Positions 38,015-51,179 are shown, numbered from the stretch's first letter. The stretch is 64,000 nucleotides of DNA from Bryobacterales bacterium (GCA_963422375.2 OY729428.2:3520001-3584000); one strand, 5' to 3'. Notes: generated by a model not told the origin, from the sequence alone. A program made the numbers and translations.

Positions 38015-38799
38015 GTGCCTACCCGGTCGGAAATCATCACGAGCCAAGGCAACCCTTGGCTGAAGCAGCTGCGGAACGCCGCCGCTCGCAGCTCGCTGGC
38101 GCCTGGCGGCTTCGCGCTGGCGGAGTCGCCCCATCTACTGCACGAGGCGCTCCGTTCCGGCGTCGAAATCGGTCGAGTCTTCGCCAGCGAGCGCGTGCAG
38201 CCCGATGTCGCGGCCATCCTGCCGCCGCACCGGCGCATTCCGCTGCATACCGTCTCCGACAGGCTCTTCGGGAGCCTCGCCACCACCTCCCGCAACCAAG
38301 GCGTGCTCGCGCTGGTCAAGCTGCCCTCCTGGGAGCCCGCGCGGGTCCTAGGCGGGCTGACCGTGGCGCTCGACGGGGTGCAGGACCCCGGCAACGCGGG
38401 CATGATCATGCGGACCGCGGAAGCCTTCGGCGCTTCCGGCGTCGTCTTCCTGAAGGGGTCGGCCGCGCCGACCAACCCGAAGGCGCTGCGAGCGTCCGCC
38501 GGCTCCGCATTCCGCCTGCCGTTCCTGCAGAAGATCGGCGCGGAAGAGTTCCTGGGCCTGGCCCGGAGCCACGGCAAGTCCCTGCTGTGCGCGGTCGCCC
38601 GCGCGGACTGTCCACTGGCCGCGGCCGACCTGTCGGCGCGGTCGGCGCTCGTCATCGGCTCGGAGGGACGCGGCCCGAGCCCCGTCCTAGCCGCGGCCGC
38701 GCCCTCCGTCGGGATACCCTCCGGGCGCGTCGAGTCGCTGAACGCGGCGGTGGCGGCCGCGGTCATCCTCTACGAGTTCGCGCGGAGGTCCGCGCCCGG

Positions 38800-38803
<4 letters not shown>
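38015..38803 (+). CDS. TrmH/SpoU-family RNA methyltransferase
   Basis: 'ITSQGNP', 'VQDPGNAG...RTA', 'GSEGRG', 'ESLNAAVA'; start approximate. Confidence 0.9.
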
Positions 38804-40134
<1,331 letters not shown>

Positions 40135-40435
40135 GCGGGAGACTCAGACTTCCCGTCATGTTCTCGTGCAATGCCGCTCGCTGGACGGATTCGGGCGGTT
40201 TGGCGACGGGCGGGAGCTAGTAGACAGGGCGCAGCGAGGTGCAGGGGAAGAGCGATTCACTGCGGTCGAGCTCCCCGGAAAGCGCTGGCGCTAGCCTCTG
40301 CGACGAGGTCTTGGTAACCTATGCGAGCTGACAGGATCAGCCGGTTCGTAGTGCCGTGGCGACGCCCGCTGGCCGAAGCCCGCGATGCACTGCCTAGCCT
40401 TGTAGCCCACGACGCAGCCACGAGCCTGAGTTAGG

Positions 40436-42883
40436 ATGAACCGTACGTGGTGCCGGGTAGCTTTGGCCGGAGCGCTCCTAGCTTCGCTGGCCCTGCGGGG
40501 CGCCAGCGCCGATGTCGATTTCACCCGCGACATTCGCCCGATTCTCGCCGAGAGCTGTTTTCAGTGCCACGGCCCCGACGAGCAGGCCCGGGCAAGCGGG
40601 CTCCGACTCGACGAATACTCTGGAGCCGTCGAGGAGCGGGCGGGCAAGAGGGCGATCGTACCCGGAGATCCCAGGGCGAGCGAGCTGATCGAGCGGATCA
40701 CGACGGACGATCCTGCGCGCAGGATGCCGCTCGGGGGCGACCGCCTGGCGGACAGGCAGATCAAGCTATTGGATGAGTGGATCTCCGCGGGCGCGAAGTA
40801 CGAGCGCCACTGGGCCTACGAGAAACCCGAACGTCCGCCCCTGCCTCCCGTGTCTGATCCAAGATGGGTGCGCAATCCGATTGACCGCTTCATCTTGGAC
40901 AAGCTCGCTGTAGCGGGACTCAGGCCTTCCGGCTCGGCCGAGCCCGCTGTTTTGATGCGGCGACTATTTCTCGACTTGATCGGAATCCCGCCGTCGCCAG
41001 AGCAGGTCGAGGACTTTCTCGCGAATCCTACGGACGAGGCATACCGGGCAACGGTGGAAGAGCTCTTGGCGTCGCCCCAATACGGCGAGCACTGGGCGCG
41101 GCACTGGCTCGACCTCGCCCGCTATTCCGACTCCAACGGATACCAGCACGATGACCTGCGCGAGATTTGGCCCTACCGAGACTGGGTGATTCGGGCGTTC
41201 AACGACGATTTGCCATTCGACCAGTTCACGATCGCGCAATTGGCGGGGGATCTTCTCGAAGAGCCTTCGTTGGAACAGCTGATTGCAACGGGATTTAACC
41301 GCAACACGCCGATGAACGGATCAGGCGGATCGAAAATCGACGAGGTTCGCAACTCCATGCTGGTCGACCGAGTCAACACGACCGCGACGGTTTGGCTGGG
41401 GGTAACGCTCGGCTGCGCGCAATGCCACACTCACAAATACGACCCCTTCACGATCGAGGAGTACTATCGCTTCTATGCGTACTTTGATCGCGGCGTTGAC
41501 GAAACGGTGTTGCACGGCGGGGGCAACACTCGCAAGTACTACGTCGGTGCGCGGATCGAGCTGCCCGTACCGCTGCGTCGGCAATCGCGATACTCGGCCT
41601 TGAGGGCTCAGCACGAGTACCTCAAGAGGGTGATCGACCAGGCGGAATTCGAGGCGACCGCGGACCTTGGGAGGTGGGTGGAGCAGCAGGCGGCCAATCC
41701 TGACCTACGCCCGAACGTCCGAAGCGCGCTCGCGAAGCCGATAGACGCGCGCACGGAATCGGATGACAACGCAATTCGGGACGCCTTCCTCGAGACGCGA
41801 TCCGAAGTTGTCAAGCCACGCAAAGAGCTGGAGAAGCTTGCCAAGCGGATGAAGGATCTGGCACCGACGACGACGCTGATCATGGCCGACAAGCCAGGCC
41901 CGGTCCAGAGCCATCTGCTCGAGCGCGGCCAGGTCGGCGCCCATGGCAAAGAGGTCGCGCCCGGAACTCCCGCGGCGCTGCACGCGCTCGACTCGGGCCT
42001 GCCGCGCAATCGGCTGGGCCTGGCGAGGTGGATCACCTCGCCCGAGAACCCGCTAACGGCGCGGGTGACCGTCAACCGCCTCTGGGCGGAGGTGTTCGGT
42101 CGCGGGATCGTCGCATCGGCCGAGGACTTCGGCCGGCGGGGAGACACCCCGACTCATCCGGAGCTGCTCGATTGGCTGGCGGTAGAACTTGTCGAGGGAG
42201 GCTGGTCGATCAAGCGCATCGTTCGCTTGATCGTTACATCGGCGACCTATCGACAGAGCTCGCGCGGATCAGCCGAGCCGCTGGCGGCAGACCCGAACAA
42301 CGCGCTCCTAGCGTTGGGGCCGCGATTCCGCCTGCCGGCCGAAGCGATCAGGGATTCGCTGCTGTCCGCAAGCGGCTTGCTTTCGCTGAGGATGGGCGGG
42401 CCTCCCGTCCACCCGCCACAGCCGGAAGGGCTATGGGGGGAGATCAGCAGCGTAGGGGATCCGCATTACCCGACGTCGAAGGGGGCGGATCGGCATCGTC
42501 GCGGGATTTACACGATCCTGCGCCGGGGAGCGCCCTACCCCAGCTTCACCACACTCGACGCTTCTCCTCGACAGGCTTGCGTCGCCATGCGAGCCCGCAC
42601 CAACTCGCCGCTTCAGGCCCTAGCGCTGCTGAACGACCCGGCCTACGTCGAGGCCGCCGAAGCCTTGGCAAGGCTCGTCACGGACCTGCCGACGGCCTCT
42701 GACCGGGATCGGCTCGTCTACGCCTTTCGGCGTGCCGTGACTCGGACCCCCACCTCGGTCGAGCTTCAGGATCTGACCCGTCTACTCAGCGAGTTCCGTC
42801 GAACCTCGGAGATGGAGTCTGAAGCCTGGGTTTCACTGGCGCGAGTGCTGCTCAACCTGGACGAAGCGATCACGAAAAACTGA
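40436..42883 (+). CDS. Planctomycete-type cytochrome c / DUF1549-DUF1553 (PSD1) protein
   Basis: CFQCH and CAQCH, 'NPIDRFI', 'YGEHWARHWLD', 'ARVTVNRLW', 'HPELLDWLA'. Confidence 0.9.
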   Translation: MNRTWCRVALAGALLASLALRGASADVDFTRDIRPILAESCFQCHGPDEQARASGLRLDEYSGAVEERAGKRAIVPGDPRASELIERITTDDPARRMPLGGDRLADRQIKLLDEWISAGAKYERHWAYEKPERPPLPPVSDPRWVRNPIDRFILDKLAVAGLRPSGSAEPAVLMRRLFLDLIGIPPSPEQVEDFLANPTDEAYRATVEELLASPQYGEHWARHWLDLARYSDSNGYQHDDLREIWPYRDWVIRAFNDDLPFDQFTIAQLAGDLLEEPSLEQLIATGFNRNTPMNGSGGSKIDEVRNSMLVDRVNTTATVWLGVTLGCAQCHTHKYDPFTIEEYYRFYAYFDRGVDETVLHGGGNTRKYYVGARIELPVPLRRQSRYSALRAQHEYLKRVIDQAEFEATADLGRWVEQQAANPDLRPNVRSALAKPIDARTESDDNAIRDAFLETRSEVVKPRKELEKLAKRMKDLAPTTTLIMADKPGPVQSHLLERGQVGAHGKEVAPGTPAALHALDSGLPRNRLGLARWITSPENPLTARVTVNRLWAEVFGRGIVASAEDFGRRGDTPTHPELLDWLAVELVEGGWSIKRIVRLIVTSATYRQSSRGSAEPLAADPNNALLALGPRFRLPAEAIRDSLLSASGLLSLRMGGPPVHPPQPEGLWGEISSVGDPHYPTSKGADRHRRGIYTILRRGAPYPSFTTLDASPRQACVAMRARTNSPLQALALLNDPAYVEAAEALARLVTDLPTASDRDRLVYAFRRAVTRTPTSVELQDLTRLLSEFRRTSEMESEAWVSLARVLLNLDEAITKN

Positions 42884-44277
42884 TGTCAGTGGAGCTTCAA
42901 CGTCGCGCCTTCTTACGGGTCGGCTCCGCCGGCATCGGCTCGATCGCCCTGCAGTCGCTGCTCGCGGCGGACAACAGAGCGGCTGTTGCGCCGCATTTCG
43001 CCCCCCGGGCGAAGCACGTCATATTCCTGCACATGCTCGGCGGCCCTTCGCAGGTCGATCTGCTCGATCCGAAGCCTGCGTTGGCGAAGTTCGAGGGCAA
43101 GCCCATGCCCGCCAGCATTCTCCGGGGCAAGCGGTTCGCATTCGTGCCCAGGGGCGCGGGAGCTCTGGCCTCGCCATACAAGTTCGCGCGGCACGGCGGG
43201 TCCGGCACATGGTTCTCCGAACTCACGCCTCGCTTGGCAGAGCGCGCCGACGACTTGACCGTCGTCCGCTCGATGCAGACCGACGAGTTCAACCATGGCG
43301 CCGGCGAGCTATTCCTGCATTCGGGCTTCGGGCGCATGGGACGTCCGGCGTTCGGAGCGTGGGTCTCGTACGGCCTAGGCACGCTCAGCGACAGCTTGCC
43401 GACCTTCGTCGTGCTAGCCACCGGACCCAACACGGCGGGCAGCAGCGCCTGGGGCAACGGCTTCCTGCCCAGCGTCCACCAAGGCGTCAAGTTCCGCTCC
43501 GGGGCGGAACCGGTCCACTACCTTGCAAACCCGGACGGGGTGGATCGAGATCGCCAACGACAGGTGATCGACGGGGTGTCCGCACTCAACCGACTGGCTC
43601 TCGACCGCTATGCGGATCCCGAGATCTCCACCCGGATCGCACAGTACGAGATGGCATTCCGGCTGCAGGCGTCCGGCCCCGAGCTGATGCGCATCGAGGA
43701 CGAGCCCAGTCACGTGCTCGCGGCTTACGGGGCGCAGCCGGGCGGCACCGGCTACGCCAACCTGTGCCTGCTGGCGCGGAGGATGGTCGAGCGAGGCGTG
43801 CGCTTCGTGCAGGTCATGATGGCCGGGTGGGACCACCATAGCGGCATCTACGGGCCGGGCGGACTGCCGCGCGCGTGCCGCCGCATGGACCGCCCGACTG
43901 GCGCTCTGATCGCTGACTTGAAGCAACGCGGCTTGCTCGACGAGACCCTGGTCATCTGGACAGGGGAGTTCGGCCGCACGCCGATGGTCCAGGCGATCTC
44001 CCCGCAGGGGTTCACGCAAGACCCCGGGCGCGATCACCACAAGGACGGGTTCGCTCTGATCCTGGCCGGCGGCGGCGTCCGGCCGGGACTGACTTACGGA
44101 GCGACGGACGACTTCGGGTTCGAGCCGACGGAGAACCCCGTGCATGTGCATGACCTTCACGCGACCGCCCTGCATCTGCTGGGCGTGGACCACGAGCAGC
44201 TGACGTTCAAACACCAAGGACGGGACTTCCGGCTCACGGATGTCCACGGACGAGTCGTCCGAGACCTGCTGGCGTGA
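42883..44277 (+). CDS. DUF1501-domain protein
   Basis: Twin-Arg leader, 'GGPSQVD', 'WDHH', 'GEFGRTP', 'GRDHH', 'FRLTDVHG'. Confidence 0.9.
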   Translation: MSVELQRRAFLRVGSAGIGSIALQSLLAADNRAAVAPHFAPRAKHVIFLHMLGGPSQVDLLDPKPALAKFEGKPMPASILRGKRFAFVPRGAGALASPYKFARHGGSGTWFSELTPRLAERADDLTVVRSMQTDEFNHGAGELFLHSGFGRMGRPAFGAWVSYGLGTLSDSLPTFVVLATGPNTAGSSAWGNGFLPSVHQGVKFRSGAEPVHYLANPDGVDRDRQRQVIDGVSALNRLALDRYADPEISTRIAQYEMAFRLQASGPELMRIEDEPSHVLAAYGAQPGGTGYANLCLLARRMVERGVRFVQVMMAGWDHHSGIYGPGGLPRACRRMDRPTGALIADLKQRGLLDETLVIWTGEFGRTPMVQAISPQGFTQDPGRDHHKDGFALILAGGGVRPGLTYGATDDFGFEPTENPVHVHDLHATALHLLGVDHEQLTFKHQGRDFRLTDVHGRVVRDLLA

Positions 44278-44297
44278 GATCGCCGAACCGACAAGAC

Positions 44298-45203
44298 ATG
44301 ACAAGGAACTCGACTCTGACCCGCCGGGGCTTTCTCGCCACTTCCGCCTGCGCCTTGCCGCTGGCGCCCGCTTCCGGCGCAACCGCCTGGCGGCCCCTGT
44401 TCGACGGAGAGACACTTGCCGGCTGGCGCGCGATCCATCGGCTGCCCGTAGCCAGGCATCCGGGCGGGCCGTCTCCGCCAAAGGACTCGCCGCGGTACCG
44501 GAAGGCCCTCCGGGGCAAGGGCGAGTGGAGAGTCGTCGACGGAGCCATCACGGGCGGCCAAGCGCCGCCGGGGTCCGGCGTCGGGGGCTATTTGATCAGC
44601 AACGAGAAGTTTGCCGATTTCGAGCTCAGCCTCGAGGCGAATCCCGACTGGGGCGTCGACACCGGATTGATGATTCGCGCGACGGGCATCGGCAGCCAAG
44701 GCCTTCAAGTCCTCGTGGATCACCGCCAAGGCGGCAACATCGGTTCCTTCTACGGCAACGGCATCGGCGGCTTCAACACCCGCCAGTTCGGGTTCGAGGC
44801 AAGGCGAGACGCGAGCGGCAAGGTCGTCGGCATGATTCCGGTCGCCTACCGCGACCTAAGTCCACGGCCCGATCCGGGCAAGAGCGCCGCGACGTGGTCG
44901 GCCGAGCCGGAAGTGTTCTTCGAGACCTGGCGTTTCGGCGAGTGGAACGAAATCCGCGTCCGCTGCGCAGGGCGCCTGCCGACGCTGGTTACGTGGATCA
45001 ACGGCGAGAAGATGGCGTCCCTCGACACGGCGACCCTGCAAGCGGAGGGCTACGATGCCGAGGCCGTGGCAGGGCTCCTCGGCCGCGCCGGTCACATCGC
45101 GCTGGAAGTCCACAACAGCGGGCAAGGCGATCGCCTTGGACAGGAGCGCTGGCTCCCGGGCAGGGTCTGCCGCTGGCGGCGAATCCGCGTGAGGGAACTC
45201 TGA
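44298..45203 (+). CDS. DUF1080 (3-keto-disaccharide hydrolase-like) exported protein
   Basis: Tat leader 'TRRGFL', 'WRPLFDGETLAGW', 'GEWNEI', 'GHIALEVH', 'WRRIRVREL'. Confidence 0.85.
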   Translation: MTRNSTLTRRGFLATSACALPLAPASGATAWRPLFDGETLAGWRAIHRLPVARHPGGPSPPKDSPRYRKALRGKGEWRVVDGAITGGQAPPGSGVGGYLISNEKFADFELSLEANPDWGVDTGLMIRATGIGSQGLQVLVDHRQGGNIGSFYGNGIGGFNTRQFGFEARRDASGKVVGMIPVAYRDLSPRPDPGKSAATWSAEPEVFFETWRFGEWNEIRVRCAGRLPTLVTWINGEKMASLDTATLQAEGYDAEAVAGLLGRAGHIALEVHNSGQGDRLGQERWLPGRVCRWRRIRVREL

Positions 45204-45813
45204 ATCCCGCGAAGGGCGCGCAACTCATCACGCCCGCGTCCCAAGGGCCCCTCGCGCGCACAACCGCTGGCCAGGTGCAATCCGGCAGATGGGCCCGAAC
45301 CGCGGCGTCCTCCCCCGGGGAGCTGCCGCAGCCGTGGCGAGTGCTCGACCTAGCGCTGCGCCTGTGGGACCACGGGGAGGACGCGTTGCGCTTCCCGCTT
45401 CAACCGGCGCTACGACCTGCAAGCGATCACGGGCCGGCTGCTGCGGGCGCTAGGTCGCAGAGGCGGCGCTCCGGCCCGCGGCTGTACCCGAGCGCTGAGG
45501 GCAGCGTAAGGAGCCACGCACGGACCGCCCGGCGGCGGTGCCGCTGAGGACCGCGCCGATGCGTTGAGCCCGTGCGCGGAAAACGGCTCGGATTCCACGG
45601 GATCCGACGGGCCAGGCAGCCGCCCGGCCTTCCGCTACGGGCTCCTCGAGTGCCAGCAAGCCGCCCCTCAACCCGGCCCGTCCGTCTAGATCCGCCAGTT
45701 GGATCGGGTCCGTAGGGACTCGGGGAGACTACAGCCGATGCCGCAATCCTACGATGAGCAGTGAGACGGGTCGCGGGTACGGCAAGTCAACAGGTCCGGA
45801 AGCTGGAATGCGC

Positions 45814-47403
45814 CTAGGTCAATCCTACGGCAGGCAGCGACTGCTCGATGCGCAGCAGCTCCAGCCGGACCGAGTCGCACAGCGCGTTCCAGCTGGCCTC
45901 TAGCACGTCGTCGGAGACACCCGCGGTGGTCCAGCTGTCCACTTGATCGGTCCAGTTGATCAGGACGCGCACCTTGGAGGCAGTTCCCTTGCCCGGATCG
46001 AGGACGCGCACCTTGTAGTCGGCCAAGCGGATATCGCCAACCGCCGGATAGACCGTCGCGAGACACCGGCGCAGCGCCCCCGCCATGGCGTCGAACGGAC
46101 CTGATGCCGCGACCGTCGCGCGCTCCACGCCCCGGGGCGTGGAGACGGACATGGTCACCTCGCAGGACGAGTGCTCCCGCCCCCGCTTGCGGAGCGCCAT
46201 CTCCATCGTCTCCAGCTTGAAGAAGTCCCTCTGGCCGGCGAGCGCCTGGCGGACCAGCAGTTCGAACGATCCGTCGGCCGACTCCAGTTCGTAGCCCTCG
46301 AACTCGAGCTGCTTGACACGGTCGAGCACGCCCTTGCGGGCCTCGGCGGTGAGCTGGTCGTCCCAGCCCTTCTCCTGGAGCTTGAACGTGATGTTGCTGC
46401 GGCCCGAGAGGTCGCTGACCAGCACGCGGCGAACGTTGCCCACCGCTTCGGGCTCGACGTGCTCGTACGTCCCGGCGTCCCGCAGCACGGCGCTCACGTG
46501 GATGCCGCCCTTGTGCGCGAACGCGCTCTTGCCAACGAAGGCCGCGCCGTTGGCCAGGCGCAGGTTGGCCGTCTCGGCGATGTACGTGGCGAACGAGGTC
46601 AGCTTGGCCACGTTGTCCCTGCCGATCACCGTGTGCCCCAGCTTGAGCTCGAGATTGCAGATCGTCGGAATCAGGTTGCAGTTGCCGCAGCGCTCCCCGT
46701 AGCCGTTCATCGTGCCCTGCACGTGGGTGGCGCCGAGCTCTACGGCCGCGACCGCGTTGGCGACCGCGAGCTCGGAGTCGTTGTGGGTGTGGATGCCGAT
46801 GACGCCGCCGAAACGCTCGCGCACGTCCGCGACGATCTCCGACAGGAGCCCGGTCAGCGTGCCACCGTTGGTATCGCACAGCACGAGGCAGTCCGCGCCG
46901 GCGGACTGCGCCGCCTCGAGGGTGCGGAAGGCGAAGTCCCGACTCGCCCGGTACCCGTCGAAGAAGTGCTCGGCGTCGTAGATCACCTCGCGCCCGAGGT
47001 CCTTCAGGTACGCGACCGTCGAGCGGATCATCTCCAGGTTCTGCTCCTCGGTGACCCGCAGCGCACGCTCGGTGTGCAGCTGCCAGCTCTTGCCGAAGAT
47101 CGCCACGGCAGGCGTCTCGGACTCGACCAGCATCCGGACGTTGGGGTCGCTGCGGGCGTCGTTGGCGACATGCCGCGTCGAGCCGAACGCCACCAGGCGC
47201 GCATGGCGCAGCCGCAGATCGCTCTTGGCCCGCTCGAAGAACTCGGCGTCGCGAGGGTTCGAGCCCGGCCAGCCGCCCTCGATGTAGTCGATGCCAAGGC
47301 CGTCCAGCCTCGCGGCGATCGCGAGCTTGTCGGCCACGGAGAAGGCGACGCTCTCGCCCTGCGTGCCGTCGCGCAGCGTCGTGTCGTAGACGAGGATCCG
47401 CAT
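45814..47403 (-). CDS. cimA: Citramalate synthase
   Basis: 'YDTTLRDGTQ', 'IEGGWPGSNP', 'HTHND', 'GERCGN', 'AFAHKGGIH'. Confidence 0.92.
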   Translation of the reverse strand: MRILVYDTTLRDGTQGESVAFSVADKLAIAARLDGLGIDYIEGGWPGSNPRDAEFFERAKSDLRLRHARLVAFGSTRHVANDARSDPNVRMLVESETPAVAIFGKSWQLHTERALRVTEEQNLEMIRSTVAYLKDLGREVIYDAEHFFDGYRASRDFAFRTLEAAQSAGADCLVLCDTNGGTLTGLLSEIVADVRERFGGVIGIHTHNDSELAVANAVAAVELGATHVQGTMNGYGERCGNCNLIPTICNLELKLGHTVIGRDNVAKLTSFATYIAETANLRLANGAAFVGKSAFAHKGGIHVSAVLRDAGTYEHVEPEAVGNVRRVLVSDLSGRSNITFKLQEKGWDDQLTAEARKGVLDRVKQLEFEGYELESADGSFELLVRQALAGQRDFFKLETMEMALRKRGREHSSCEVTMSVSTPRGVERATVAASGPFDAMAGALRRCLATVYPAVGDIRLADYKVRVLDPGKGTASKVRVLINWTDQVDSWTTAGVSDDVLEASWNALCDSVRLELLRIEQSLPAVGLT

Positions 47404-47419
47404 CGGCCTGCCCTCCGAC

Positions 47420-48457
<1,038 letters not shown>

Positions 48458-48506
48458 TGTGATGTCGGGTATTCCTTTCGCAGTGTTCGAGGATCGGCTC
48501 GGGACT

Positions 48507-49034
48507 CTAGGGCTCGGACAGGGCGGCTTCGCTGTAGCGCGGCACGGGCAGCTTGTTGTGCTTGGCGCGCGCCATCGCCATCGAGCCGGACCGGACCATC
48601 TCGACCGCTCCGTACGAGTGCAGGAGCGAGATGAGGGCGTCGATCTTATCGGGCGAGCCGGTCACCTCGAAGGTGTACGCCTTGGGCGAGGCGTCGACCA
48701 CGCGTGCGCGGAAGACCTCCGCCTCCTTCAGCAGCGCGGGGCGCCGCTCCTCCTCGGCGTAGACCTTGATCAGGGCCATCTCGCGGCGCACGGCCCGGGA
48801 GTCGGTGAGATCCACGGCCTTGATGACGTTGACGAGCCGCGAGATCTGCTTGATGAGCAGCTCCCGGCCCTGGTCGCCGACCCCGGCGACGATCGTCATG
48901 CTGGACAGGGTGGGATCCAGCGTCCTAGCTACGGTCAGGCTCTCGATGTTGTAGCCGCGCGAGGTGAGCACCCCGGCCACGCGCATCAGCGCGCCGGGCT
49001 TGTTCTCGACGAGGAGCGAGATCAGCTGGTGCAT
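48507..49034 (-). CDS. ilvN: Acetolactate synthase small subunit
   Basis: ACT domain '[11 protein letters not shown]...RGYNIESL', 'REMALIKV'. Confidence 0.95.
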   Translation of the reverse strand: MHQLISLLVENKPGALMRVAGVLTSRGYNIESLTVARTLDPTLSSMTIVAGVGDQGRELLIKQISRLVNVIKAVDLTDSRAVRREMALIKVYAEEERRPALLKEAEVFRARVVDASPKAYTFEVTGSPDKIDALISLLHSYGAVEMVRSGSMAMARAKHNKLPVPRYSEAALSEP

Positions 49035-49049
49035 GGCTTCGCCCCCCTC

Positions 49050-50789
49050 CTAGTCGCCCGCCACCGCGGCGGCCGACTCGGCCGCTGGCTGCAGGATCAT
49101 CTCGCTGACCGCGCCGCCCGCGGGAACCATCGGGTAGACGCATTCCTCGGGCGTGACCTGGACGTTGAGTAGGTACGGGCCCGGCTCGCCGAAGGCGTGC
49201 TCCAGCGCGCCGTCGAGATCCTCGGGGCGGGACACGGAGCCGCCGGAAATGCCGAAAGCCGCCGCGAGCAGCGAGGCGTCCGGGAAGGCCTCGATGGCCA
49301 CCTCGCTGTAGCGCTTGCCGTAGAACAGCTCCTGCCACTGGCGGACCATGCCGAGGGTGTTGTTGTTCATGACGACGATCTTGACCGGTAGGCGGTTGGC
49401 GGAGATCGTGCCGAGCTCGGGGATCGACATCATGAAGCCCCCGTCGCCGACGATGCTGATCACGGTCCGGTCGGGGCAGGCGAACTTGGCGCCGACGGCG
49501 GCGGGAAGGCCGAAGCCCATCGACCCCAGCCCGCTCGAGGACTGCCACAGACGCGGGCGGTTGAAGCGCAGGTACTGGGCGGCCCACATCTGGTGCTGGC
49601 CCACGTCGACCGTCACGACGGCCTCTCCTCCGGCAATCTCGTCCAGCTTCTGCATCAGCTGCTGCGGCTTGATCTCGTCAGCGCTGGGCTGGTAGGAGAA
49701 CGGGTGGTCGCGCTTCAGGGCGAGCACGTGCTCGCGCCAAGCCAGGCGCGTCTCGCGCAAACGCATGCCGAGGGTCGGGCGCGTCACCTCGAGCCGCTCG
49801 TTCAGCATCCGCAGGACGGCCTTGGCGTCGCCGACCACGCCGAGGTCGGCCCGCCGGTTCTTGTTGATCTCGGCCGGGTCGACGTCGACGTGCAGCACCT
49901 TCGCTCGCGGCGCGAACTTGTCGAGGCGCCCGGTCACTCGGTCGTCGAAGCGCACGCCGAGGCCCACCAGCGAGTCGCACTCGGTGATGCCCATGTTGGC
50001 CGCGTAGCTGCCGTGCATGCCCAGCATCGAGATGAAGTTCGGGTGGCCCGTCGGCATCGCTCCCAAGCCCATGACCGTGTGCGCGAGCGGCGCCTCGAGC
50101 AGCTCGGAGAAACGCACCAGCTCGGCGCTGGCGCCGGACGAGACGATGCCGCCGCCGGCGTAGATGTAGGGCCGCTCGGCGTTCCAGAGGAACTCGACGG
50201 CGCTCTCGATCTCTTGCTGGTCGGGTCCGGGATCGGGCCGGTAGCCGCGAAGCGGCTCCATGCGCTGGTCCCCGCTGTAGTCAGCCCGGGACAGCAGCAC
50301 GTCCTTGGTGATGTCGACCAGCACGGGGCCGGGACGCCCGCTGGTGGCGATGTAGAACGCCTCGTGGACGATCTGGGACAGCTCGCTGACGTCCTTGACG
50401 AGGTAGTTGTGCTTGGTGGCCGACCGCGAGATGCCGAACGTGTCGGCCTCCTGGAAGGCGTCCCGCCCGATCAGGGCCTGCGGCACCTGCCCGGTGATGG
50501 CGACCACGGGGATGGAGTCCATCAGGGCGTCGACCAGCCCGGTGGTGAGATTGGTGGCCCCGGGACCGGAAGTGGCCATGCAGACGCCCGCCTTGCCGGT
50601 GGCGCGGGCGTACCCCTGCGCCGCGAACGCGGCGTTCTGCTCGTGCCGGACAAGCACGTGCCGCAGCGGGTGGTGGTACAGGACGTCGTAGACGGGCAGG
50701 GTCACCCCGCCCGGGTATCCGAAGACGGCCTCGGCCCCTTCGCGGGCCAAGCTCTCGATCAGGATCTGCGCTCCGCTCAACAGCGCCAT
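49050..50789 (-). CDS. ilvB: Acetolactate synthase large subunit
   Basis: 'FGYPGG', 'RHEQ', 'TSGPGATN', 'DVGQHQMW', TPP motif GDGG...NN. Confidence 0.97.
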   Translation of the reverse strand: MALLSGAQILIESLAREGAEAVFGYPGGVTLPVYDVLYHHPLRHVLVRHEQNAAFAAQGYARATGKAGVCMATSGPGATNLTTGLVDALMDSIPVVAITGQVPQALIGRDAFQEADTFGISRSATKHNYLVKDVSELSQIVHEAFYIATSGRPGPVLVDITKDVLLSRADYSGDQRMEPLRGYRPDPGPDQQEIESAVEFLWNAERPYIYAGGGIVSSGASAELVRFSELLEAPLAHTVMGLGAMPTGHPNFISMLGMHGSYAANMGITECDSLVGLGVRFDDRVTGRLDKFAPRAKVLHVDVDPAEINKNRRADLGVVGDAKAVLRMLNERLEVTRPTLGMRLRETRLAWREHVLALKRDHPFSYQPSADEIKPQQLMQKLDEIAGGEAVVTVDVGQHQMWAAQYLRFNRPRLWQSSSGLGSMGFGLPAAVGAKFACPDRTVISIVGDGGFMMSIPELGTISANRLPVKIVVMNNNTLGMVRQWQELFYGKRYSEVAIEAFPDASLLAAAFGISGGSVSRPEDLDGALEHAFGEPGPYLLNVQVTPEECVYPMVPAGGAVSEMILQPAAESAAAVAGD

Positions 50790-50854
50790 GGTTCGTGTCC
50801 CTCGCTTTCCTCGTTCCCTTGCTCCCATCATTCCCGATCACGGGGCTGGGCGAT

Positions 50855-50985
50855 GCCGCCCCCGACCTTGAATGCTAGCCCCGGTCGGCGGCCTCGTCGG
50901 ATTCCTGCCCGACGCGGCTCAACCGGGGCACGGTACAGCGACGAGAACGGTCAGGCTGCCGATGCGGGGAATGGCGAAATGAATT
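50855..50985 (-). promoter_or_regulatory. Candidate branched-chain amino acid attenuator in the ilvB leader
   Basis: Frame ending IHFAIPRIGSLTVLVAVPCPG* (stop 50919-50921), followed by mutually exclusive stems. Confidence 0.45.
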
Positions 50986-51149
50986 CGGCCGGGGCGGTGG
51001 CCCGGTAGCGGCGAGCGGCGGCGAGAAGCCGCCGCTGCGGGAGCGATGCCCGCCGCGAATGCGGCACGGGCATTCGGGCGGCAGCCGTCTGGAAGCTGGA
51101 TTGGCATCACGCGCTTGGCTGCGGTCAGCAGGCGAGCAACCGTGCTCTT

Positions 51150-51179
51150 ATAGTAGCGCCATTCGCCGGGCGGGGTCAA
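51150..51179 (-). promoter_or_regulatory. Candidate sigma70 promoter of the ilv operon (TTGACC-N18-TACTAT)
   Basis: -35 at 51174-51179 and -10 at 51150-51155 on the minus strand. Confidence 0.55.
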
